64,000 nucleotides of DNA from Escherichia phage ETEC-TG, in the sequence record OR786310.1, one strand, 5' to 3'. The notes beneath the pieces were generated by a model, which had not been told where the DNA came from, did no database searches, and saw nothing but the letters and a program-made list of their open reading frames with translations. The stretch's first letter is position 1; the number at the start of each line of letters is the position of its first letter. The position numbers and the translations under genes were made by a program. This document shows, piece after piece, positions 45,680 to 55,899 of this stretch.

Positions 45680-46024
45680 ATGTCAAACCCAGAATTGAAA
45701 CGTTACTTTAGTTATCACGAAATGATTCGTGATTTCGAATCGCTTTCACCACTGATCGATGCTGATAAAACATTAGTATCTGCGCCACCAATGTCTTTCT
45801 ATCTGAAAGATGGTCGTATTGCATTAGGTGGAAACTTCATTCACTTCCTCACGCGTTTGAGAGAAGAAACAGGTATTCTTGTGCATCCTTTTGCAAGTGA
45901 AGAACACATGGGTTACTATCTTGTAAGTTACGAAGACTATGCACCTGTAAAAATCAAAGAAGAAGTTTTAAAAGTAGAAGCGGTAGACACTCCAGCTAAA
46001 AAACGTTCCCTTCGTAAAAAATAA
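45680..46024 (+). CDS. hypothetical structural protein
   Basis: Start at MSNPELKRY preceded by GAGGAG; the track ATG at 45626 lies inside the terminator hairpin. Confidence 0.4.
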   Translation: MSNPELKRYFSYHEMIRDFESLSPLIDADKTLVSAPPMSFYLKDGRIALGGNFIHFLTRLREETGILVHPFASEEHMGYYLVSYEDYAPVKIKEEVLKVEAVDTPAKKRSLRKK

Positions 46025-46033
46025 GGTGGGCTT

Positions 46034-46582
46034 ATGCTGAATGCGGTAGAGTTGGCACCACTGATCCGAATTCTTGTTTATAACCCTTCTCAAGAAGTAT
46101 TGCCAGATGCAATGCTGATTCAGATCATCCAAACTTGGATTGATATTATAGGGAATGAAGATAAGGATAAGTGTGCAGTATTGTGGAACAGCTTGATTTC
46201 TGTTTTAGAGTATTTATGGAACAACGATGTTCTTAACAATAGTACTCAAACAGGAGGAGCTATGTCCCGCAGAGAAAAGATGGGTGAAGTCGAAGTTGAA
46301 GTTAAATTTAACAACGGTCAAGTAACTTATAAGTCTCCGTGGGAAGATATCTATCATAACTATTTAAATGGTCTTATGGTCATTCCTGGGTGCACGGCAG
46401 GACGAGGGGCAACCAGTAAAGTTCTTATTGGCGGTGTTGATGCTCGTGAGATTGATCGAGTAAACAGCGATCCTAACTCTGTGAATGGTCTTGGTAATGT
46501 TGCAAGTGTTGATCGTAATACCCGCAACGTTAATTATTTGCGAAATTACGGACCTGTTTCTTTTTATCGTAGGGACAAATAA
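46034..46582 (+). CDS. hypothetical structural protein
   Basis: 182 aa ORF in head-tail joining position. Confidence 0.4.
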   Translation: MLNAVELAPLIRILVYNPSQEVLPDAMLIQIIQTWIDIIGNEDKDKCAVLWNSLISVLEYLWNNDVLNNSTQTGGAMSRREKMGEVEVEVKFNNGQVTYKSPWEDIYHNYLNGLMVIPGCTAGRGATSKVLIGGVDAREIDRVNSDPNSVNGLGNVASVDRNTRNVNYLRNYGPVSFYRRDK

Positions 46583-47070
46583 TGGAAAGTGAGATCTTAC
46601 CAGGTGACGATACAGATTGGGAAACCATTATCAAAAAGATGATGGACCTTGAACAAGTTCAAATCGAAGCTGGTTTTTTAACAAACAAAAGGCATCCTGA
46701 ATCAGATCTCACTATTCCTGCAATAGCAGCTATTCAACAATATGGTAATGAAACAAATAACATACCTGCTCGTCCTTTTATAACAGATGGTGCTGTTATC
46801 TCACAGAACAATATCGCTAAAAAGATGAAGCAGGTTTTTGCAAATTACCTAATGAACAATGTCGGATTAGCTGTTTTTGAGCCTATAGCGAGAGCCTCTA
46901 GAGAAGGAATAGCTCAAGCGATTGCAATGCAACGTTATCGTCCTTTATCTCCTGTGACAATTAAGATACGACAAGATAAAGGCAACTATTCTAATCATAT
47001 CTTAATAGATACGGCATATATGATAAATGCAATCGAAACAAAAATCACAAAAAGCAAGTCTAAAAAATAA
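46582..47070 (+). CDS. hypothetical structural protein
   Basis: 162 aa ORF, ATGA overlap with upstream gene. Confidence 0.4.
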   Translation: MESEILPGDDTDWETIIKKMMDLEQVQIEAGFLTNKRHPESDLTIPAIAAIQQYGNETNNIPARPFITDGAVISQNNIAKKMKQVFANYLMNNVGLAVFEPIARASREGIAQAIAMQRYRPLSPVTIKIRQDKGNYSNHILIDTAYMINAIETKITKSKSKK

Positions 47071-47115
47071 CTTGCATAAACTTTGTTTTTGATGTATACT
47101 AAAAAGGAGATACAA

Positions 47116-47532
47116 GTGTTACTAGATCAATTTACTCTCCTTGATCTAACTGAATACCAAGGTCGTAGACGAGTCTACAAAGAGGCAGTTGGTTCAGTTA
47201 TTGCTAACTTAGAAAGTAGTGTAGAATATGAACCATTTACTATTGAAGCGGCAAGCTTACAACCGATATCTGGTAAAACACTGAATGCACTACCTGAAGG
47301 TTACAGATCTAAGGCTCAATATAGTTTCTGGACTAAAACAGAAATGAAGGGGTTACAACAAGGAACAGAACAGTTATCAGATCAGATATTGATAGATGGT
47401 AAATGGTATTCTGTTTATTCCCTTAAAGATTGGACCAGAACATCTTTCTTAGTCCATCATCACTGTGTTGCGATATTAGACGATCAAAACAACTCCTGGT
47501 CTTATGGAACAGAAGGAGGAAACTTTGGCTAA
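47116..47532 (+). CDS. hypothetical structural protein (GTG start)
   Basis: AAGGAG then atacaa then GTG; the upstream ATG in the track sits in a promoter-like TTGCAT/TATACT region. Confidence 0.4.
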   Translation: MLLDQFTLLDLTEYQGRRRVYKEAVGSVIANLESSVEYEPFTIEAASLQPISGKTLNALPEGYRSKAQYSFWTKTEMKGLQQGTEQLSDQILIDGKWYSVYSLKDWTRTSFLVHHHCVAILDDQNNSWSYGTEGGNFG

Positions 47533-48163
47533 TATTTACCAACAAATAGAAGCATACGAAAATGCCATCTACTTAAATATAGGTGGCTTCCTTCAAGAAT
47601 TAGTGGGGTTGCCAGTCTATGTTATGGATAAGCCATTCATTAAACCGGATACTCCTTACCTAGCACTACGTATTATCACTTCCAGCGATTCTGGAGGTTG
47701 GTCTTACCGAAGCTCTATTCAAAATGATATGTATTCCTACGAGATGGATAATACCTACGAGATTGAACTTGTAGCCTATCGTGGAAGACCTACCACTTTG
47801 ATGAGCTATGTTCTGGCTGCTCTCCGTGGTGCAGAGGAATTAAAATACAAACATCTCTATTCTAAAGGTCTTGGTTTTTTAGGAGCCTCTAATATAGCTC
47901 AAGCCAATACAATTGTAGACGGAGATAAGACTGAATTAAGAGCGCGTATGGTTATGACGTTCAACACTCGTATGAGTATTGAAGATATTGCTACTACACC
48001 AATAGAAGCAATCAACATGCACATCCGTTCATTCAGAGATAGTTACAATGATCCTATCCCTTTAGATTTAATTCTAAACAGGGTTTATGCAATTACTTTG
48101 GTTCCAGGCGAATACTCGTCAGTTAATCAAAATGGATCATTATTTAACAACCCTACCGAATAA
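47504..48163 (+). CDS. hypothetical structural protein
   Basis: 219 aa ORF. Confidence 0.4.
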   Translation: MEQKEETLANIYQQIEAYENAIYLNIGGFLQELVGLPVYVMDKPFIKPDTPYLALRIITSSDSGGWSYRSSIQNDMYSYEMDNTYEIELVAYRGRPTTLMSYVLAALRGAEELKYKHLYSKGLGFLGASNIAQANTIVDGDKTELRARMVMTFNTRMSIEDIATTPIEAINMHIRSFRDSYNDPIPLDLILNRVYAITLVPGEYSSVNQNGSLFNNPTE

Positions 48164-48197
48164 ACTCATTGGAATTAAGTTTCTAACAGGAGCATAA

Positions 48198-49571
48198 ATG
48201 GCAACTTTTCGTGAAAAGGTAGCAACCGTAACTTTACTGTATGGTGCTACATCAATTCGTGAAACCCAGTTCGATATTCCCCTGATCCTTACAGGTCAGA
48301 ACGTAACTGGCGAAGCGATTCAATATTACTCTTCTTCCGATGCACTTTTGGAAGCAGGTTATGGATTAAATGATCCAGCGTATATTATGGCAGTCAAACT
48401 GTTTAACGGTTTGTTCCCACCAGATCAAGTCATGGTTGGTAAGCGTGAAGTTACAAACTTTACTCTAACTCCAATCGTAGAAGATAGTGCAACTTACACA
48501 ATTACCATCAAAAATGGTACCAAGAAAAAAGAATTTAAATTCATTGCTGATGACACTGCAACTGCACAAGAGATTGTAGTTGGTCTGACTGAAATGATCA
48601 ATGCAGATCTTGTTTATGGCCCACTGTTTACAGTAGCTAACAACGGCGCTGCAATGACTTTCACTCCAGTAGAAGGTAAGTTTGGTTCTATTGACAGCAC
48701 AGGTTTCACTCAAGAAACTGTCTATGCTAATGCTATTACGGAAGATATTGCTGCTCTGCATGATATTGATAGTAGCTGGTTCTGGACCCTTTCAGATTCC
48801 CATGAAACAGAAGATGTTCTAGCTTTGGCTGCATGGGTAGAAGAGAATGATAAAGTTTACTTCTTCTCTAGCTCTGAACCTGGAATTAAAACGAAAGCAG
48901 AAGATAACGTTCTGGAACGACTGAATGACCTCGGTTATAATAACACTTGCTTTGCTTTGTGGATGACCGATGCAGATTCTGTATTCCCAGAAGCAGCAGT
49001 TGTTGGTGCAATCTGTTCTCGTCAGCCTGGTTTAACTACTCTTCACGGTAAAACACTGGTAGGTGTAGAGATCGAGAAACTGGATCAGACTTCGGAAAAC
49101 AATATTGTTCAACAGAACGGTAACATCTATCGTAAAGAGCATGGAACTCTGTTCTATCGTGATGGATTGATGGTTAGCGGTTTCTTTGTTGACTATGTTG
49201 TTCATGCTTTGTGGTTTAAAGCTCGCACAGAAGAATCACTGTTTACACTGTTTAAACAACAGTCTATGCTGGGTGGTGGTGTTCGTGCTACTTCAAACGG
49301 TCTGGCTTTGATTCGACAAGCTGTTCTGGCTAACCCGATCCAAGTAGGTATCCTCAACGGTTCCATCGCTAATGAAGTTGTTACTTCTGAAGAGACTGGT
49401 TTGCGTGTCGATCTGAAACCTATTGTTTATATTCCTTCTCGTGCTGATATGACTGATGCGCAAATCAATGCTCGTCTGGTCGATGGAATGAAGATTGAAT
49501 ATGTTTACGCTGGCTTCTTCCATTACGTTAAAGTTCAGGTCAACGTCCTGACTAACCGTACTGCAAACTAA
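48198..49571 (+). CDS. putative tail sheath protein
   Basis: 457 aa, biased codon usage, immediately upstream of tube-like gene and chaperone/tape-measure module. Confidence 0.5.
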   Translation: MATFREKVATVTLLYGATSIRETQFDIPLILTGQNVTGEAIQYYSSSDALLEAGYGLNDPAYIMAVKLFNGLFPPDQVMVGKREVTNFTLTPIVEDSATYTITIKNGTKKKEFKFIADDTATAQEIVVGLTEMINADLVYGPLFTVANNGAAMTFTPVEGKFGSIDSTGFTQETVYANAITEDIAALHDIDSSWFWTLSDSHETEDVLALAAWVEENDKVYFFSSSEPGIKTKAEDNVLERLNDLGYNNTCFALWMTDADSVFPEAAVVGAICSRQPGLTTLHGKTLVGVEIEKLDQTSENNIVQQNGNIYRKEHGTLFYRDGLMVSGFFVDYVVHALWFKARTEESLFTLFKQQSMLGGGVRATSNGLALIRQAVLANPIQVGILNGSIANEVVTSEETGLRVDLKPIVYIPSRADMTDAQINARLVDGMKIEYVYAGFFHYVKVQVNVLTNRTAN

Positions 49572-49617
49572 TACGGCGGGGGTTAAGCCCCCGTTATCAA
49601 AATAAAGAGGATCTATA

Positions 49618-50097
49618 ATGGATAAAATGCTTACTGGCGTAATGGCCTACGACCCATCTCAAGTTATCCTTTCATTAGGTGGTTGGGAACCGTGGGGTTT
49701 TGCGGCTGATACTAAAATCGTTATTGCTAAATCTAACGATATTATCAACCCTTATTCAGGGACTGATGGTGACGTTTCACTAGCTTTGAGTCGTAACCGT
49801 TTGGGAACACTCACAATGTCTTTGCAACGCACATCTCCAGCTAACGAAGTACTTGCAACATATGCACAAACAATGTATTCTACTCGTCAAGTAGCATTCA
49901 GCGTTTACTTGGAAGACCCACGTGGCTATTACATTAGCACGATTGGATGGATTCAAAGTCAGCCTGAAGATACTATTGGCGAAATGATTACAGAGAACCA
50001 ATGGGTTATTGGTCTTAAAGATGCAAGCCTTCTGCGTAATGAAGTTGGTGTAGGTTTGAGCACCCTTAACTCAATCTCTGCTCTGACAATTCAATAA
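49618..50097 (+). CDS. putative tail tube protein
   Basis: 159 aa, RBS AAAGAGGA, followed by a terminator; sheath-tube-chaperone-tape-measure order. Confidence 0.5.
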   Translation: MDKMLTGVMAYDPSQVILSLGGWEPWGFAADTKIVIAKSNDIINPYSGTDGDVSLALSRNRLGTLTMSLQRTSPANEVLATYAQTMYSTRQVAFSVYLEDPRGYYISTIGWIQSQPEDTIGEMITENQWVIGLKDASLLRNEVGVGLSTLNSISALTIQ

Positions 50098-50104
50098 TAA
50101 ATAA

Positions 50105-50125
50105 AGGGCAGAAATGCCCTTTTTA
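50105..50125 (+). terminator. intrinsic terminator after tube gene
   Basis: AGGGCA-gaaa-TGCCCT followed by TTTTT. Confidence 0.65.
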
Positions 50126-50142
50126 TCATTAGAGAGGAAAAT

Positions 50143-50625
50143 ATGTCACAAGAACAAGATAACACAATTCAAAAATATGCTCGACCAGAAGAAGTAGTTG
50201 AGATTCCGTTAGATGGAAACAGATCTGTTACTTTCCGTATTATGAAGTGGAGTCCATCTAAAGTGTTTGACAGGATTCCAGAATTGGGTAGTGTTCTGGT
50301 TGTTCCTATGACTATGTACAGCACAGCAACAATGTCCGCAGACGAAGACCTTGAGTCACGTATTGCTATGGCACTGATCCAACTTTTTGCAGGTTTGGAA
50401 GAAAAGAATTTAACTGTCTTTTTGCGTAAAATTTTAGATGAGGTTTATACTCAAGACGGTTATAACGTTGCAGAAAATTTTGATGAATTATTTATGGCTC
50501 ACCCAGAACTAGTGTTAGATCTTACTGCTAAAGTTCTGGAGGTAAACTACGGCCCTTTTTTCAAACGAGGTTTCGGAAAACTGTTCACACAGCTTCAGGC
50601 GATGACGAGTTTAGCAGCAAATTAA
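50143..50625 (+). CDS. tail assembly chaperone (G-like)
   Basis: 160 aa ORF between tube and tape measure; contains slippery site near its 3' end. Confidence 0.5.
   Translation: MSQEQDNTIQKYARPEEVVEIPLDGNRSVTFRIMKWSPSKVFDRIPELGSVLVVPMTMYSTATMSADEDLESRIAMALIQLFAGLEEKNLTVFLRKILDEVYTQDGYNVAENFDELFMAHPELVLDLTAKVLEVNYGPFFKRGFGKLFTQLQAMTSLAAN
50556..50562 (+). promoter_or_regulatory. candidate -1 programmed ribosomal frameshift site (T_TTT_TTC)
   Basis: Heptamer TTTTTTC in the chaperone frame; the -1 frame is open from here to 50891. Confidence 0.5.
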
Positions 50626-50672
50626 CACCTGCGATTGAACATGCTATCGACACAGCAACGAAAACCCTTACT

Positions 50673-50891
50673 TTGAAGTGGTATGAGGTTATTCTTTGCA
50701 AAGTCGTTAAAGATACCTCGGAAACACTGAAAACATTGGATAACTACGGTGTAGATTATCTTTTAAAACTATATGAGTATTTAACATACGAAGAGTATGT
50801 TGAAGCCATGTATGTTAAAGACACTTCAATAAAGAGAAAACATCAAAACCAGACAAATAAAATGTCAGATTTGTTTAAGAAACTTGTTTAA
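50673..50891 (+). CDS. tail assembly chaperone frameshift extension (GT-like C-terminal part)
   Basis: Frame is -1 relative to 50143..50625 and open upstream through the slippery site. Confidence 0.45.
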   Translation: MKWYEVILCKVVKDTSETLKTLDNYGVDYLLKLYEYLTYEEYVEAMYVKDTSIKRKHQNQTNKMSDLFKKLV

Positions 50892-50911
50892 TCCAACACG
50901 AGGAACATACT

Positions 50912-52900
50912 TTGTTAGAAATTAACGCCTCCAAAATTAGTAACGTGGTTACGTTTAAGGTGGACAAGAACAGTCTCAAGGAAGCAAAAGATGCCGTGTT
51001 GAGTGTTCAGAAGTTTGCAAATAAAATGCAACCCACTATGAACATGACCAAGTTTAGACAACAAATGAAAGAGATTGAGCGTGAACTTAAGAAAGCTCAA
51101 ACTCAAAGTCAAAAACCTATGCGAGCACCTACTCCCGCTGGAGCGGGTGCTCCTGTAGGTGGATCTGGCAGACCAAGAACTCCTAAAACCCCGCAAGGAA
51201 GAGAAGAAGAAAAAGCTCGTAAAGCGGCTGAACGCGAAGCTAAAGCAGCAGCACGTAGGGAAGACTTAGGTAATCTTCGTTTGCAAAACTTTAACTACCG
51301 AGCAAAAGCATTTAGTAAAGCCAGCCCTGGCGCTATGCAAGAAGCTAGAGACGTTATGGGTAAAGCTGTAGAGCAATACAAAAAGGGTGAAATAACTCTT
51401 CAACGTATGAACCAAGCTCTTGCTCACCAGTTAGATGCCTTACGCAGATCTCATCGTGAAAAGAATGCTGAAATAGAAGACGAGGTTCGCGGTCGTCGCC
51501 GTATTCGTAGAGAGCTAGAAGCAGAAGCTAAAATGCGTATACGTATGCGAAATCGTGAACTTAGAGATATAGAACGCAACCGTAAGCGTGAATTAGCTCA
51601 ACAAAAACGTGATCGTGATCGTCGATATGGACAATTAAAAGAAGGTGCAGCAGGTCTTAATCCACGTATGATTGCATCCTCTTTGATAGGTGCTGGGCTG
51701 TTTGCAGGTGGTTCTGTAGTTGGTAACACGTTGATGAATACTAACGAAAGAATTAAACTTGTAAGTCGTGGCGCTGAAAACGTTCAGACAAACGCCAACG
51801 CTATTTTGGCAATGACAGCTTGGGGTGAACAGAACGGTGTAGACTCTGCAAATATTATTAAATCAATAGATAATATTAAAGACGTTCGTGAACGTCTTGG
51901 TAATACAGTTTTAGCCTCAAAATGGAATGAGAAAGAAGGGAAGTGGAAAGGCGGTGATAATGGCATAAATGACATTATGAACTTGTTTGGATGGAATCCA
52001 GAACAGCTTAAACCTTTACAGAACGACCCTTTAGCTTTTATTCAGGCTACTGTTAATGAAGGTGAGCGTCGAGGTATGAACTCTGCTCAAATCGGGCGAC
52101 TTCTTGAAAACCTTGGTGACGACCTTATGCACTACCAGCGCATGTTTAGTAAAAACGGCGAAGGGTATAATGAGGTATTGAAAATGCTTCAAAGAACAGG
52201 TGCAACATTAACTCAAGAACAAATAGATGCTTCTAAAGAGTTTACTCGTTTTGCTGCAACAGTTCAGCTTGTAGGTCAAGGTATGCAGAACCATTTCTTA
52301 GAGGGTTTTGTGAAAGCCTTACCTAAAGATGATTCTTGGTTGGATAACGTTAAAGTGCTAGATCAGTTTGCCAAAGATTTAGGTGAAGAACTTGGTAAAA
52401 CAACAGTTCAACTTGGTGGTTTTGCTAAAGAATTGGGAGATGGTTTCGGATCTTTTACCAATTGGCTTAAAGAAACATTCCCAGATACCTTCGGAGACAA
52501 CACAGATCCTAATAAATCTATGGTACAAAAAGCATACGAGGCAACGCAAAGTGGAGACAGTAACCCTGTAGCAGATTGGTTGTACAATTTAACAGGTATT
52601 GATACACAAGATATTGGTCGTATGTGGAGAGGAGAACAAACAAGGACACGTGCTTTTGGATTTGGTAATCCTCTTGAAGATTTACGTGAATCAGCCTATA
52701 CACCTAACGTAAGTTTGGCTCGTAATCAACCTGTTGTTGAGAATACGGTAGCAATACCAAGTGATCTTATCAAAGTTACGATCAGCCCTTCTTCCGAGTT
52801 TGGAAATATTCTTGATGCAAGAATTCAAAATAGCGGAAATAGCATTTTCCAACGTTTGTCTCTTTCAACTCTAAGTGGACAATCTAACACTGGTGGTTAA
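50912..52900 (+). CDS. tail tape measure protein
   Basis: 662 aa, K/R/E-rich coiled-coil N-terminal region, Gly-rich hydrophobic segment, downstream of chaperone pair. Confidence 0.65.
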   Translation: MLEINASKISNVVTFKVDKNSLKEAKDAVLSVQKFANKMQPTMNMTKFRQQMKEIERELKKAQTQSQKPMRAPTPAGAGAPVGGSGRPRTPKTPQGREEEKARKAAEREAKAAARREDLGNLRLQNFNYRAKAFSKASPGAMQEARDVMGKAVEQYKKGEITLQRMNQALAHQLDALRRSHREKNAEIEDEVRGRRRIRRELEAEAKMRIRMRNRELRDIERNRKRELAQQKRDRDRRYGQLKEGAAGLNPRMIASSLIGAGLFAGGSVVGNTLMNTNERIKLVSRGAENVQTNANAILAMTAWGEQNGVDSANIIKSIDNIKDVRERLGNTVLASKWNEKEGKWKGGDNGINDIMNLFGWNPEQLKPLQNDPLAFIQATVNEGERRGMNSAQIGRLLENLGDDLMHYQRMFSKNGEGYNEVLKMLQRTGATLTQEQIDASKEFTRFAATVQLVGQGMQNHFLEGFVKALPKDDSWLDNVKVLDQFAKDLGEELGKTTVQLGGFAKELGDGFGSFTNWLKETFPDTFGDNTDPNKSMVQKAYEATQSGDSNPVADWLYNLTGIDTQDIGRMWRGEQTRTRAFGFGNPLEDLRESAYTPNVSLARNQPVVENTVAIPSDLIKVTISPSSEFGNILDARIQNSGNSIFQRLSLSTLSGQSNTGG

Positions 52901-52907
52901 TAAAATA

Positions 52908-52930
52908 CCTCGCTTCGGCGGGGTTTTTTC
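52908..52930 (+). terminator. intrinsic terminator after tape measure gene (UUCG-loop hairpin)
   Basis: CCTCGC-TTCG-GCGGGG followed by TTTTTT. Confidence 0.65.
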
Positions 52931-53026
52931 GTTTCCCTTGACACGAAGTTTCTATATGTGTTACAATAATCAATATGGGAAGATCTTGCATCTTCCTTTT
53001 GGCATTATCATTACTACGAGGTTATC

Positions 53027-53728
53027 ATGGCAGCAATGACTCCACAACAGTCGGTGAGAGCCGTCTATAAGGCAGAACAGGAAATCAACTCTACCGAGAA
53101 TAAAAATACCTCGGCATCTACTGTAAAGGGTGATAATGGTTTCTGCATTTTAGCAAGTGTTTATAATAGTTCAAGTGATCAATACATTCAAAACTTTAAA
53201 GCAATTACTTTCGATTCAGTCCCTGAAATAGGTGTAACTCGTGAGGCAGATGTTACAAGTTTTCCAGTAGAATCAGGATCGGATGTAAGCGACCACGTTC
53301 AAATAAAAAACAACAGATTTAAACTTTCAGGTATAATTACCGAAACACCAATTCGGCTTATGCGAGATCAATTATACAGTGCAGGTGTAAATGGGGCAAG
53401 GATTTCTCAAGCAATAGAATATCTAGATCAAATATTTGAGTCAAGACAACCAATAGTTCTTTTGACAGAACACAGAACTTTTGAAAATGTTATTCTCAAA
53501 GGTTATTCATATGATTATAAATCTGAATTTGCTATGCAATTTGATTTAGAGTTTGAACAAATCCGTCTCGTTTCTAAGGCCACTACTAACGCTATTGCTG
53601 TAAAAACAGCACCAAATAAGTCAACTGGTGGTGATGTGAAAGGTCAAGTTGCTTCTAATGGTCCTAAGTCAGATATTACAGTAAGAACTGCTGAAGCTAC
53701 TAATACCCCAACAAACAATGGAGGTTAA
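53027..53728 (+). CDS. hypothetical tail/baseplate protein
   Basis: 233 aa ORF following tape measure. Confidence 0.4.
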   Translation: MAAMTPQQSVRAVYKAEQEINSTENKNTSASTVKGDNGFCILASVYNSSSDQYIQNFKAITFDSVPEIGVTREADVTSFPVESGSDVSDHVQIKNNRFKLSGIITETPIRLMRDQLYSAGVNGARISQAIEYLDQIFESRQPIVLLTEHRTFENVILKGYSYDYKSEFAMQFDLEFEQIRLVSKATTNAIAVKTAPNKSTGGDVKGQVASNGPKSDITVRTAEATNTPTNNGG

Positions 53729-53730
53729 TA

Positions 53731-54144
53731 GTGACAACTTATTCTAAAACAACAAGGTCTACAAGTAATACTGGCTACAGTGCAGTTTATCTGGAGGACC
53801 ATTCTACTTATTTTGCATGGTATCTGAAAACTGAAGAGTACCCCGATCAAACATATACAGTTACATTGGATGGAGTTGATTATGACATTCGTTTAAGGTG
53901 GAACACTAGGGACGAATCTTGGCAATGTCAAATGGGATTATCTGGAGATGATCCGAGTATAAGTTTCAAAGTTACAAATGGTTTAGATCTTCTTAAACCT
54001 TATAAATATCTTGAAAGTGTACCAGATGGTCAATTGTATATAGTAGATACAGTTAAGATTAATGGTCGTCCTGGGTATACAACTACAGGTCGAGATAAAC
54101 GTTTTGTATTGGTTTATATTGATAACAAACCTAATCAGGCGTAA
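53731..54144 (+). CDS. hypothetical tail/baseplate protein (GTG start)
   Basis: GGAGG then GTG; 137 aa. Confidence 0.4.
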   Translation: MTTYSKTTRSTSNTGYSAVYLEDHSTYFAWYLKTEEYPDQTYTVTLDGVDYDIRLRWNTRDESWQCQMGLSGDDPSISFKVTNGLDLLKPYKYLESVPDGQLYIVDTVKINGRPGYTTTGRDKRFVLVYIDNKPNQA

Positions 54145-54153
54145 GGAGATAAT

Positions 54154-55164
54154 ATGGCAGAAAGAGAGTATACAAAAGCTCCTGCCCCTAATTTAAACAG
54201 GGCATACAAATTATTAATTGGTTCTGCCACAAACACAATACAGAAGAGAACTAAGAACTCGGCATTTAAATCTACAGTAGATTTGGATACCAAGTTAGGG
54301 ACAACAGAAAAATCCTCTTCTAATTTGTATTTGTTGCAAGACCATCAAATAACCTTCAGTATTAAGAAAGATAATAACAAAGATCCTAACCAAGCAGAGA
54401 TTGTAGTTTATAACCTTTCAGATGATACTGTTAACTATATAAACCGTGGTATCCGAAATAACTTGGCTGTTGCTTTAGCGGTAGGATACGAAGGTGAAGA
54501 GTTGGTTATGATCTTCAAAGGAACTATCCAGTGGGTTAGTGATACTTTTGACTCGGTAGACAGGAAAACCACTTTACACTGTTTGGATGGTGGTATTAAC
54601 ATTGCAGAAGCAAGAACAAGCCGCAGTTACCCAAAAGGAACTAAAATCAAACGTGTTGTGACAGATTTGGTAAAGGATTTAGGGACTACAGAAGGTAATA
54701 TACATGTAGACAATGACCAAACCCTATCTTCAGCAACAGCTATGTGTGGGAACACTTCACATTACCTAGAACATATTTGTAAGAGTATTGATCACAATGT
54801 GTCAATACAAGACGGATCTGTTTATGTTACTCCACGTTCCCAAATGTCTAGTGCACGTAGCGCCTACATTAGTCCTGAAACTGGTTTAATAGGAAGCCCA
54901 GAACCATTCCACAACGATATTAAACCTACTAAAAAAGTTACCAAATCCTCTAAGAAGGCAAAGAAACCTACAGATGGTGTTAAATTTAAATGCCAAATGA
55001 ATGGTGCAATCTTACCAGAAAAAACAATCTGGTTAAAAAGCCGAGATTATGATGGTCCATTTAAAGTAGTCTCTGTTTCCCACAATGGGGATAAAGAAGG
55101 TAAAGAGTGGGTTACTGAAGTGGAATGTGTATCCGTGTCTGAAATAATGACTAAGGAGAAATAA
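54154..55164 (+). CDS. putative baseplate hub protein
   Basis: 336 aa ORF directly upstream of the spike gene; assignment by position. Confidence 0.35.
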   Translation: MAEREYTKAPAPNLNRAYKLLIGSATNTIQKRTKNSAFKSTVDLDTKLGTTEKSSSNLYLLQDHQITFSIKKDNNKDPNQAEIVVYNLSDDTVNYINRGIRNNLAVALAVGYEGEELVMIFKGTIQWVSDTFDSVDRKTTLHCLDGGINIAEARTSRSYPKGTKIKRVVTDLVKDLGTTEGNIHVDNDQTLSSATAMCGNTSHYLEHICKSIDHNVSIQDGSVYVTPRSQMSSARSAYISPETGLIGSPEPFHNDIKPTKKVTKSSKKAKKPTDGVKFKCQMNGAILPEKTIWLKSRDYDGPFKVVSVSHNGDKEGKEWVTEVECVSVSEIMTKEK

Positions 55165-55898
55165 TGGACGCATTAAATTTTGTCACAGCAATGCGTGGCT
55201 TAATGACAGAACAATTGGCAGAAGTCCATACAGCCCTGCCAGTCCGTGTGACTGGCGTTAATTATGGTGCTAAAACTGTCACTTTAGAATCTATTGTTAA
55301 AAACACACGATCTAGTGAAGATGAAATAGATTACCCTACTTTTGAAGATGTTCCTTTTATGGTTAATGGGGGTGGGACAGGAAGAATCTCATTCCCTATT
55401 AAAGCTGGCGATTTAGGAACTGTTATATTTTCTGAAAGAGATCCTTCTAATGCACTGCAAACTAGTGGAGAAACCTCTTCATCATCCACTTTTATGCAGC
55501 CTTGTGGATTATACCCTATTTGTTTTATTCCCAAAATAGCTACAGGAACAGATTCAACAGAAGCTGTAGATTCTGAAAAGGTAGTTATTTCTAATAACAA
55601 AAACACGTACGCTTCTTTCGACCCTACAGGTAATATTTCAATATGGAATAGTCAAGGGATGAAAATAGATATTACTACCTCCGGTATTACTATTACAGAT
55701 GGCACAGGAACTTTGGATCTAAAAGGTGGTAATTTAACTTTCAAAGGCGGCGTGGCAGATATCAATGGTCTTAAAATAGATCAGAACGGTTTGATGACAG
55801 ATGGTAATGGCATCGGATTCCATACTCACACGCACACGGTTCGTAACATTCAGAGCGGTAACTCAAGTGCCGAGTCCTTAAAACCAACAGGAGCCTAA
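55164..55898 (+). CDS. baseplate central spike protein (gpV-like)
   Basis: PIKAGDLGTVIFSERDPSNAL-type OB region and C-terminal HTHTHT His-rich apex motif. Confidence 0.55.
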   Translation: MDALNFVTAMRGLMTEQLAEVHTALPVRVTGVNYGAKTVTLESIVKNTRSSEDEIDYPTFEDVPFMVNGGGTGRISFPIKAGDLGTVIFSERDPSNALQTSGETSSSSTFMQPCGLYPICFIPKIATGTDSTEAVDSEKVVISNNKNTYASFDPTGNISIWNSQGMKIDITTSGITITDGTGTLDLKGGNLTFKGGVADINGLKIDQNGLMTDGNGIGFHTHTHTVRNIQSGNSSAESLKPTGA

Positions 55899-55899
55899 C

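Noticed and set aside
45626-46024. Upstream ATG start for the gene after the capsid gene
   Set aside because: That ATG lies inside the terminator hairpin; the in-frame ATG at 45680 is preceded by GAGGAG.
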